Assembly (NCBI RefSeq): GCF_000315625.1
Contig: NW_005434673.1
Span: forward strand, 396,270-460,269
Reading direction: 5' to 3'
From: Guillardia theta CCMP2712
Taxonomy: Eukaryota > Protista > Cryptophyta
Length of the DNA: 64,000 nt
A program made the position numbers and the translations under genes. Shown in pieces: positions 9,471-18,826 of the stretch (positions are counted from its first letter, which is position 1; the number at the start of each line of letters is the position of its first letter). The notes below the pieces were generated by a model, which was not told where the DNA came from, ran no database searches, and saw nothing but the letters and a program-made list of their open reading frames with translations.

Positions 9471-12337
9471 ATGGAGATTGTAGAGAGAGTCCAAAAGAGC
9501 AACCAGGAGCTTCTCAGTCTGATCTCTTCGATCCCAAGGAATCGACAAGGAAGCGAGGTAAGGTGTTCACTTAGTCTTAACCCATGATCCCCTTGGGCTC
9601 GCTGCCGCACTGTCTCTGATGTCTTCGACAGTATGCTCGCAGCCAAAGTCGAAACATGTTGCATCATGAATCTTTCGACCACAAAGAGGTTGTGACTGTT
9701 TGGATGCTCTGTACAACATGGTTGATGGTTTCATCAGAGGGAAGCGTTAGAGAGGAGCAAGCAGACCATCGCTGATCTACAGGCAGAGATCTTCAGTCTG
9801 AAGAATATTCTCAGACAGCAGGAAGCTCGACAAGAGGTTGACAGTTTCTTCATATGAGTTTGAAATGACGTACTCTCGACCCTAGGCGGAGAGTGCCCAA
9901 GTTGCCATCAAATCAGAGCAATGCGAGGCGAAAGAGAAACAATTATCGGAATCACAAGATGAGATCAACAAACTCAAGAAAAGCTTAAAGAATGCCGAAG
10001 AGGAAGTATCGACGGCGAATTCAAAGGTTTTCTCACTTCGTTCGCTACTCAGTGAGCTGAAAGTAATCTGTAAGATTCGAATCTTGTCGCATCAACTAGA
10101 GGCGTTGAAGAAGGTAATTCCAAATTGATTCGGATAACATCCCACGATCTCATGGGTTGACAGACCAAACAAAGTCCGGAGAAGGACTCAAATCTCTCCG
10201 AAAGATGCATGGAGGCCGAGGCAAAAGTGAACGCCCTCATTGATGTATATTTTCCGAAGTTGATGTAAGGGAAGGTGTAAGTATTTATTTTAGGAAGTAG
10301 AAGGTTCTGCTGCAAAACAAGAAAAAGATGCTCGTATAATTTGGAGGCTGGCAAGGCGCTGCAAAGACATCTTACACAAGTGTTTCACCATAATGTGTTT
10401 GATGACATACTCACGAATTCAACTACAGGACCTCAGCGTTTTCATACGATTTCAGTACAGAAGTTTGACAATTCTCAATTATGTCTCATTGACGATTGAA
10501 TAACAGGCTTATCGACTATTTTTGATGTCTGGGCCCAGCACATGAAAGTTCGAAATAAAGTCAAATTTGGCAAGTTCAGGATTCTCAATCGGTTCAAGTT
10601 CAAAGTGTACTTCTATGGTACGAATTCCAGTCCCTATCTCCTACATACCTGATTATCAGTCTAGTCTTTCAGGAATGGTTGCGATTTACCAATGTACAGA
10701 AGTTGTCAAGCACTTTTGAGACTGTAAAGTTCATTGCTTGATTATTGTCTGCCAACGATGACAGCGAACAGGAAAACGACACAGCATCCAGCCCATCAAA
10801 GAGTTTGATTTTATCGGTGAGTCTTTTGCCCTTTTTTCACAAGATTTTGACACAAATTCAATCTTGGTGTTGAGCAGATCTCGAATGAGAATTATGACGA
10901 GCAGAACTCGCCCTCGCTGTCGCATAAGGGTTCAGATACAAGCGGCAGGAAACTAAGAATCGAGAATTCAGCCAGCACGGTCAACACCCTAGAATTGCTC
11001 AAAGGGGCATATCATACGAATAGGCTTACCTTGACAACTCCGAGAGGACCGGGAGGGCAGGACAACAGGTTTCTTTCCTTCAGTCTCGAGCCGAGTCTAA
11101 TGAGTGCTTTCAAGCAATGAACTGATAGTCCAGGACAAGTCGATGACTTCGAATGATCGATCGATTCATTCAAAAGGAGACACTTCCCCTGGAAACACTG
11201 ACGAGGGACCGTTGGATTGGATTTTCAAGTACCTTGGAGAGCAAGAGTCAAACAACAATACTGTCAACAGCCTTCCTGGACCTTCCAATGGCACAAGTGG
11301 GAAAGGCAGTCAGAGTTCTTCACGATTTAAGAAGATCAATTCCTTGGAGACGCCTGCAAAGGTCTGCTTGCAATCATTCCGACATACATGATGCAACCTG
11401 AAAAACATTCAGGCGATGATTATTCCAGATCACAACGTGTTCATTGAAGCAGAGCTTGGATTGCATGTTCATAATCTAGTGGGTGCAAGGTGATGATCGA
11501 TTCTTGAAAGCTTTTATTTTTCATTCTTCATGACAGCTAACTCTTGATGCAGAGAAAGTCCCCGCAAGAACCATCTGAGCCTGTCAAGTACACAAGGCAC
11601 TGCAGCAGCAAATCAGAGCCAACACTTGACGGTCTCTCGGAACCTCACAGGTTTGCAGTGCTGACGACAGGACAGGTGCATGAGCTCTCCGCTGATTGGG
11701 AAAAACGAACTTTCACAGCAAGGCGCAGCTACCCAGAAAGCAAGTTGACACCCCGTGGTGAACCCCAAGTGCAGAGCGCTTACGTGAAGTCCGCCCATGA
11801 CCTGGAGAGATTGAAGTTACAACCGGTTTGTTGGTTGCAATCCAACTTAATTCATTATGATCGTGCATGAAGGAGCTGATAGCGCAAATCTCTTTTCAAA
11901 ATCAGTTGCCGAGAGGGTGGAAGAAATACTACGACGAAGTCAACCAAATGCCCTACTACTACAATGAAATCTTGAAAGTAACGCAGTGGGAAAGACCGCC
12001 AGCTACGCGGGGAACGCCAATCGAAATTTCCCCAAGCTTGCAGGTAGCGTTTTCTAATGCTGTTCTGAGACATTTTCTCATAGAATAGCAGGATTCAGCG
12101 GACGGTTCCAAAGAAGCAGAGGCAGAAAACGGCACCAAGCGATTCGACAAGAATGTATATTCACCATCGCAGGCACAGTGGGCCCGGCAGCAGCTTGGTC
12201 TTGTAGAAGTACTTCTACCTTCTGTGCTCTGGAATATTTCCTCACTGTCATTCTCAGGTTTCCCCTGGTGATGCTTATGATGCAAACAATGGTGGGTCAC
12301 CCAGACTCACTCCAAGAAGTCCGATGAGAAAGGCTAA
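9471..12337 (+). CDS. Multi-exon coiled-coil protein with a C-terminal WW domain
   Basis: Coiled-coil exons (EKQLSESQDEINKLKKSLKNAEEE) and the WW signature LPRGWKKYYDEVNQMPYYYNEILKVTQWERP at about 11906-12000. Boundaries approximate. Confidence 0.65.
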
Positions 12338-12473
12338 CGTGTTGAATCGTGTTAATCGTTAGCAGCAATTGCCGCCGCTAACTTATCATTGCATTGCATG
12401 AGGAATGATTCACTTTGTGTACATAAATTAGATCAGATTCAATCTCAATGAATTCATGGTGTGCTCTCATATT

Positions 12474-13348
12474 TTAGTTCGAGGGAAACTTCTTCACCCA
12501 GCCTTTTGAGAACCCGAACTCCATCGCAACCTGTTCGATGTCATTGACTGACTGACCACCAGCAATCATCTCTTACAGCTGCTGCTCCAAATGCCAGCAC
12601 ACTCTCAACAGCAGCGCCAGAGCCTTGTAGAATCATTTCCCAGTTAAAGTAGCTGCAAACTAGCGGGTCAGACAGAACGAACTTGATTCCTGTTTGGTGA
12701 CCTCAAGGGCGCTCCGCAAGAAAGGGGAAGTGCACTGCAACTGTCACTTGCTTGCAGCATTGACCATGCTCGGGTGATGACAAACGCGCCAAGAACACCC
12801 TATTTCAGCTCGTCAAGGTTCGCAGGGACGACTGTGAAGGCTCACCTGCTTTAGTTGAGGGTTCCCGTCACCGCGGATGGCGTATCCTGTGACCCATGAA
12901 TTTAACCTAGCCGAGCACCTCTACTCAGGCAGCACTCACTGTAAACTAGTCCAAAGAGCGCCAACATGAAGGCCAGACCGTCGTGCGCCAGTTCCCACTG
13001 CGCTGAGAAGGCGTCTGACGGGTAGAAACTGGATTTCTCGATCACAGCAAGCGGTGCCATGGCCAACGACCCAGACAAGCTTGAGAGGAGTGCAACCTTG
13101 ACCGATTCGATTCTTTCAGCTGCCTCGTCAACGACACTCACTGACCACCTTTTGTTCGAGCTCTCCCCTTCCCCCTCGTTCCCCTCTGCGGACAACCTGA
13201 GGCTTCTAAGAGCTGGTTGGGCTCTGGATGAGCATCTTCGTGCGGAGAGACGAACTTCCTTCACACTTGCGATCGCCATGAACGACTCGGACGGTGTACA
13301 CGTTGCCACGAGGCATACCATCACTGCTGTAGCTCGCACCCCCGCCAT
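12474..13348 (-). CDS. Plastid-targeted membrane protein of cyanobacterial/plant conserved hypothetical type
   Basis: Signal peptide plus SES-F plus Arg/Ser-rich transit-like region; ERIESVK, LFGLVY|RYAIRGDGNPQLK and a terminal FSKGWVKKFPSN* resemble a conserved photosynthetic-lineage membrane protein. Confidence 0.6.
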
Positions 13349-13568
13349 GTTATAAAGGAGCTCTCAGCTGTCCCAACTCGACATCACTATAGGGTTCTCT
13401 AAAGACAAACTTCTGCCCTTTGCAATTCCCGAACGGGCCGGCCTCAATGAAATTCACATTTGCCTTCAAATTCAAATCACCCGCCATTTCAACCCATCAG
13501 TCCCTGCCCCTTGCCCCGTGCCCAGAGCCCTCCGCTCTACTCTCCGACCTTGCAAGTAGCGAACAAGG

Positions 13569-14825
13569 ATGCCTTCTCCTCCGTCAGTACAACAACATCG
13601 TTTGCGAAGCTCAGACATACTTAGACGCGAACTTGTCCGACTTTTGACCACCAAGGTGGAACACGTAGTGGAGACGGTCGTGAAGCAGAACGTTATAAGT
13701 CGACTCTGCAACACCTTGGACGCGACAGCTTTCTTGAAGGCTGAAAGAGATAGGAGAATCGTGGCAAAGTTAGTGAATCATGTAAAGAAAATCTGGGGAG
13801 AATTCAGCGAAGCAGGCAGCATGAGCACGTGCTTGTCTGGTTTCAACATCGATTTGTTACCTCCCGTGCAATTCAGCTCGCTGTTTCGATTCACAGCGAG
13901 CGAACTGCGCCAGCTATTGCATCCCCTGCGCTTATTGGGCAGGGATGGTTTGCCACGAAAGTTCATACTGGGGACTCTATTGGCACCAGACGAAGGGCAA
14001 TGGGAAGTAAGAGCTGACGTGGCTCTGATGATCGTGCTCTATCGTCTAACAAGAAATGCTTCAATGGAAGAGATAGCCTGGTACTTCAACTTGACTGTGT
14101 CAAAGTGCTCTGCTGCCTTCGATGCCTTGGTGAGGTATCTCATGACATACCACGAGGAACCTGTGCAAGAGGTATACTGCATGGCTCGTCGCTTTCAGAG
14201 CATTGCCGATTACATGGTCGAACTCGGCTCCCCTTACGATAACCTCCTGGGCTTCGTCGACACCGCGTACACGAATTGCTACACTCCGAAACCTGGTTCC
14301 CAAGGAGTTTCGGAGTTGAATGGCAACAAGCCCCTTGCTGGGTTCAATTGTCTGGTTTTTACGCTGGGCAACGGTCTCTTAGTACTCAGCAAACCTTGCA
14401 CAAGCAATCGATCAGAGGACTTGATGTTTCAAACAAGCGGTGTTGCAGACGATCTGAATTTAGTTGAAGAAGGACAGAAGATTCACTACCTTTTCTATGG
14501 AACTAACCGGTTCACAATGCAGTTGCACCTTCAAAGGGCCATTGTTCCACCCGTGAATGACAAGGAATTTACCCTGAATTTCACGATGTCAAAGCTTAGG
14601 AAGCCGTTTGACAAAATATACACTGACTTTCAAGACAAATGGCCTGGTGTTCAAGCTTGCACTGAGCGAGCAGACGTGTTCAGGGTTGCCATTTTGCTAC
14701 ACAACTGTTGGACTATACTGCAAGGCAAGGATCACTTGGATTTGAATGGCAAACGTTCCAAGTACTCAGATGGCATGAAATTGACTTTGAAACAATACTT
14801 AGTCGAAAGATTCGATCCCTGGTGA
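13569..14825 (+). CDS. PIF/Harbinger-type (DDE_Tnp_4, HARBI1-like) transposase-derived protein with a degenerate catalytic triad
   Basis: Intronless 418-aa ORF with FSSLFRFT, ALMIVLYRL...EIAWYF (HTH region), GFVD, GFNCLVFTLGNGL, FYGT, NFTMSKLR.PFD and VAILLHNC in the family's motif order. Confidence 0.8.
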   Translation: MPSPPSVQQHRLRSSDILRRELVRLLTTKVEHVVETVVKQNVISRLCNTLDATAFLKAERDRRIVAKLVNHVKKIWGEFSEAGSMSTCLSGFNIDLLPPVQFSSLFRFTASELRQLLHPLRLLGRDGLPRKFILGTLLAPDEGQWEVRADVALMIVLYRLTRNASMEEIAWYFNLTVSKCSAAFDALVRYLMTYHEEPVQEVYCMARRFQSIADYMVELGSPYDNLLGFVDTAYTNCYTPKPGSQGVSELNGNKPLAGFNCLVFTLGNGLLVLSKPCTSNRSEDLMFQTSGVADDLNLVEEGQKIHYLFYGTNRFTMQLHLQRAIVPPVNDKEFTLNFTMSKLRKPFDKIYTDFQDKWPGVQACTERADVFRVAILLHNCWTILQGKDHLDLNGKRSKYSDGMKLTLKQYLVERFDPW

Positions 14826-14974
14826 GTGCATGCATGGGTGTCCTTGCGCAATGGCCCAAGCCATGGCACTATTCACTCATGGATTCTCGTTAGAGTTTTG
14901 CGTTCCTTTCTAGTTTTTATCGAGTCATTGTACAATGTATGGGTCGTGTATCCTTTCTTCTACACCCTCATGCC

Positions 14975-15330
14975 GCACGGGCCCGGGTCGGACAGTGAGT
15001 CCCAGTAAGTGACGGTCACTGGCCGCTCCCGATTCAGCCTCATGTTCAATGTTAGAGTCAGGGCTCGACATTAAAAAGTAAGGAGGCCCCATTCGCCATC
15101 CCTTCCAGTACGCTTCCGGGACCCCGAGGGAGGCTCATCAACCTGGGCCAAGTGCTGCGGGGCCCAGCTGCCAGCTGTTCGAGCTCTAGTCAGGTACAGC
15201 GGCCGCGGCAAGTGGCGGCCGCAGGCTGGACTATTGGCTGGCTCCAAGTGTGGCAAGGCGAATCGGTCACTGTTGCCAGAGTTCAAGATTGGAACTGATC
15301 GGATCGCGCTCCCCGAGAGTGTTTGCGGAA
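14975..15330. promoter_or_regulatory. CCGG/TGAC/GATCGGA patch
   Basis: gggcccgggtcgg, agtgacggtcactgg, cggccgcgg, tgatcggatcg. It lies between convergent 3' ends, so its role is uncertain. Confidence 0.3.
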
Positions 15331-15546
15331 AAGATAATTGATCGATCAGTCGTGGAAATCATCATTCAGGGATACTTTATTGTGAATCTGTAATCCCTAC
15401 TAGAAAGAAGAAAAACAAATGGCAAACTTCAATTAGTTGAAAATGTGTAGTATCGCGCCATAGAGTGTGGCATCTGTGATGTTGGCCGCATATCCTCAGC
15501 AACCATGTCTTCTCGTTGGTTCTGATGACGGCACCAGTTTCTCCAT

Positions 15547-16464
15547 TCACACATCGAAGATAAAGTGCATCCTCCCCAAGAAAGCCTCCCTCCAGCCGCC
15601 TTCTTCCTCCGGTATCAGCTGAGCGCGTCGGAACATGTTGTGCATAGTGTTGATCGCAAATTTGACACGGGCAGGAGCGTCGTCTGCCTGAAACAGCTCT
15701 TCGATGCCTCGAGCAAACTCCTCCGTCATGTCCTCGTTGACCTTGAAGCCCATCCACCCGAAGAACGTGTCTGCGCTGCTGGGCTCCCTGAAGGGGAGGG
15801 GCTGCACGACGCCCGTGACAGCGGCGATGTGGAGGTACATGAGGAGAGCCTTCTTCTGGTTCTTGCATCGCTTTTGGATGCATTGGGAGAGCTGGTCGTC
15901 CAGTGTGTCGCGCATGTTGTGGGACTCGAGGAGCTGGTCGCGCTGCTCTTGAAGTATCTTAGTTTTCTTCATCCACCTTTGCTGGCCTTGTCTAGCAGTT
16001 GCTGGTCTTGAACCAGCTGTAGCCTCGGGTGTGGGGGAGTCAAAATGGATGCTTGCAAGGACTTGGTCTGAGTCTTGACCTGCCTCCACATCGCTCAAAG
16101 TATGGCTGGTCATGGTGGTTGTATCAGAGCTGGTGTTCTCGGGGGAGCAAGCTCGTAGGTGAAGGCGAGAGTCTCCGATGCAAGATGTGGAGGTGATTGT
16201 TGAATCTTGATCTGAAAACTCAATCGCGGAAATTTGGTCATAGCACGAAAAGAACTGATTGAACTCAAGATCGCAGTCTTGTCCCATCCTATACCAAGGC
16301 CGGATTACAAGGGAAGGACTGCTCGCACCATCCAGAGTTGGTTCGAATTCTATGCTCTGTGACTCAGTCACGCCACACGTTCCACACACAGTTATGTCTG
16401 AGCTCTGATAGGCCCCACACTCCCCATCTAGAACAAGTTCCCCGTCCCAAGAAACACTTGACAT
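15547..16464 (-). CDS. Lineage-specific hypothetical protein, paralogue A (acidic/Ser-rich N-terminus, conserved C-terminal domain with FFGWMGFKV)
   Basis: Part of the 444-aa ORF with a likely start at MSSVSWDGE; the C-terminal 130 codons are shared with 17256-17747. Confidence 0.65.
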   Translation of the reverse strand: MSSVSWDGELVLDGECGAYQSSDITVCGTCGVTESQSIEFEPTLDGASSPSLVIRPWYRMGQDCDLEFNQFFSCYDQISAIEFSDQDSTITSTSCIGDSRLHLRACSPENTSSDTTTMTSHTLSDVEAGQDSDQVLASIHFDSPTPEATAGSRPATARQGQQRWMKKTKILQEQRDQLLESHNMRDTLDDQLSQCIQKRCKNQKKALLMYLHIAAVTGVVQPLPFREPSSADTFFGWMGFKVNEDMTEEFARGIEELFQADDAPARVKFAINTMHNMFRRAQLIPEEEGGWREAFLGRMHFIFDV

Positions 16465-17738
16465 ATACGCAAGTTCGAGCACAAGATCGCGTAAAGCTCC
16501 TTGAGTCAGACGAAAGAAGATAGGAAGAGGGCCAGGGAGAGAAGCAAAAAGGTAGTCAGGGGTGAAGACAGGAGGCAGGAGGCAGGAGGCAGGAGGCAGG
16601 AGGGGCAGGAGGTAGGAGGGACAGGAGGCAGGAGGCAGGAGGCAGGAACAAGGGATGGAGGACTGGATATAGGGGGTAGGAGGGTTGAGAAGAACAGGGT
16701 GGGGTCCCCGACATTTTAAAACTCTAAAACTCTTCACCACCCACCAGAACAATGGACAAACAGGGGGTTCACTTCCAGCAAACAGGGGGTACTGAGATGA
16801 ATCGATCGACCACCCATGCTCTCCTAGTACCAACAGGGGGTACTCCGCTCCTCTGAAGTTCCTGGCCAACAAACTGGACACCCCTCCACCCTATTTTTTG
16901 CAGAGCAAACAGGGGGTAGTTTCCTAGCTGAACAAGGGGGGGTAGTGTAGAATATCGGGGGTCCTGGCCCCATGATTTGCCCGCATTGGGGGTAGGGTAC
17001 ACAGCCACAAACCTAAAAGAAAATCTGCCTGCCCCACCCCCGTCCAAACTAGGGGAAGCAGTGGGAAACAGGGGGGTGGACAGAAGTTCGTGGCAAAGAA
17101 GTACCCCCAACCACCCATAATCTGCAACTCAGGAGAAGGGGTCCATGAGACTAAAAAAAAATCCACGAACCTAGAGAGCACTCATCCCCCTCCCTTGCCC
17201 CTCCTCTCGCACCCACCGATTTCCTCCTCCCCCATTGCACCCAACCACTGCGTCGATGACTGCTGATGTGGAAACTCGCCCTATCATGCCGCGACTCGCC
17301 AGGGCAGGTCAAATGCGCTGGTTGATGAAGATCAGGATGCTTCAACAGCAGCGCGACCAGCTCCTCGAGTCCCACAACATGCGCGACACACTGGACGACC
17401 AGCTCTCCCAATGCATCCAAAAGCGATGCAAGAACCAGAAGAAGGCTCTCCTCATGTACCTCCACATCGCCGCTGTCACGGGCGTCGTGCAGCCCCTCCC
17501 CTTCAGGGAGCCCAGCGGCGCAGACACGTTCTTCGGGTGGATGGGCTTCAAGGTCAACGAGGACATGACGGAGGAGTTTGCTCGAGGCATCGAAGAGCTG
17601 TTTCAGGCAGACGACGCTCCTGCCCGTGTCAAATTTGCGATCAACACTATGCACAACATGTTCCGACGCGCTCAGCTGATACCGGAGGAAGAAGGCGGCT
17701 GGAGGGAGGCTTTCTTGGGGAGGATGCACTTTATCTTC
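15556..17738. repeat. Inverted duplication: 15556-15947 versus 17347-17738 (392 bp, one substitution seen)
   Basis: The arms are reverse complements. ORF-track translations in several frames differ at only one site (PSSAD versus PSGAD). Confidence 0.95.
16660..17150. promoter_or_regulatory. GGGGT/ACCCC-motif cluster between the divergent paralogues
   Basis: gggggtagg, gggtggggt, repeated aaacaggggg(t), ggggtagggtac, gtacccccaaccacc. Confidence 0.45.
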
Positions 17739-17747
17739 ACAGCGTAA
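17256..17747 (+). CDS. Lineage-specific hypothetical protein, paralogue B (short form)
   Basis: MTADVETRPIMPRLARAGQMRW...GRMHFIFTA*; inverted paralogue of 15547-16464. Confidence 0.6.
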   Translation: MTADVETRPIMPRLARAGQMRWLMKIRMLQQQRDQLLESHNMRDTLDDQLSQCIQKRCKNQKKALLMYLHIAAVTGVVQPLPFREPSGADTFFGWMGFKVNEDMTEEFARGIEELFQADDAPARVKFAINTMHNMFRRAQLIPEEEGGWREAFLGRMHFIFTA

Positions 17748-18389
17748 AGGAAAGAGACGCTGTCAGGTTATGAGAGGAGTCAGGCATCTTTGCTTGAACA
17801 AACATGTTACGTAGTCCTTGTTGCTTATTGATGTTCAAGGATAAAATCACAAAATTGAACGCACTCTTGTCCATAATGCTTCTCCACTACCTCTGTTTTG
17901 TCGCTGCTATCAGACAGCGCTCATGTTCAAATGGGAATGAAGGATATCAGCCTTGTGCCATGGCTCTCGTCGCAAGAAACAGAAGGGGGATTGAGCAGAT
18001 TGAAACAATCATCGACGCAAGTCAGCCGCTGTGAACTGTGAGAGAACTTGTGGGCTCCGGTTCTTTCCATCTTCAATCATCTTTTGTTTCATAACCCAAG
18101 GGGAAGGGACAAACAGGAGCAAGCTAGGTAGGAAAGGGTAGACCAACAAATCCTCCTCAACACTGAAAAGACTACAAGAAGGAAGAGGCAGCGAAACTTG
18201 GGCCTCCACTGCAACCACGCGAGCGGCGGCCGCGCGGTATGCACGACAAGCAGGGGGACAAGGATCAGGACAAACAGTCAAGCAAACAGACGATGAAAAG
18301 CAGCCTGGCAGGGTTCCTACCTTCAGATACAATGATCTCCCTTCAGTGAGTCTCCGATACAATGATCGGGAGTCCCTTCAGTGGGAGCC

Positions 18390-18800
18390 TCGAGTCCGAC
18401 CGAGTCACCGTCGGCGGTCACTGTCGACAACTTGACGGGCCGACCAAGTGACCGTCGGTTGTCAATGAGTGATCACATACTATGATATGATCAGTCATCG
18501 ATCGCTCCGAGTGGCCGGGCCGTGCCGCAGTGTGCCCGGCAGTGCAACTGAACCCGGCAAGGGCCGGGCCGCGGCAGGCCCGGCGGCCGGCCGTAGCCGG
18601 GCTACTCACTGAGGCAGTCACTAGTAGCCTCAGTAGTGCGCCGCGGTACAGTTGTATTCGGAATCTTTACTCAAAGTTAAGTTAAAAATCAGTACGAGGA
18701 CAATCAGGAGAGTCGGAATCATGCACAAAGTGGTGGGTGGTAGTGATAGAAGGACAGGGGTAGTTTCAGATATGGAATGAGAGGGTAGGGGTGGCAGTCT
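18390..18800. promoter_or_regulatory. CCGG/TGAC patch followed by a short GGGT cluster upstream of the GT13 gene
   Basis: gagtcaccg, ggtcactg, ggccgggccg, ggcccggcggccggccg, tttactcaaagttaa, gagggtaggggtgg. Confidence 0.4.
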
Positions 18801-18826
18801 GTTTGTCCCCGACCCACCAGGTGGGC

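Noticed and set aside
13350-15100. Active autonomous Harbinger element
   Set aside because: I found no terminal inverted repeats, target-site duplication or partner ORF, and the catalytic residues are degenerate.
15556-17738. Terminal inverted repeats of a DNA transposon
   Set aside because: The arms are protein-coding paralogous domains with diverged homology continuing inward, and no transposase lies between them.
17760-18385. Possible small gene and a short gatacaatgatc...ccttcagtg duplication
   Set aside because: No coherent exon chain or motif could be supported, and the duplication is only two short copies.
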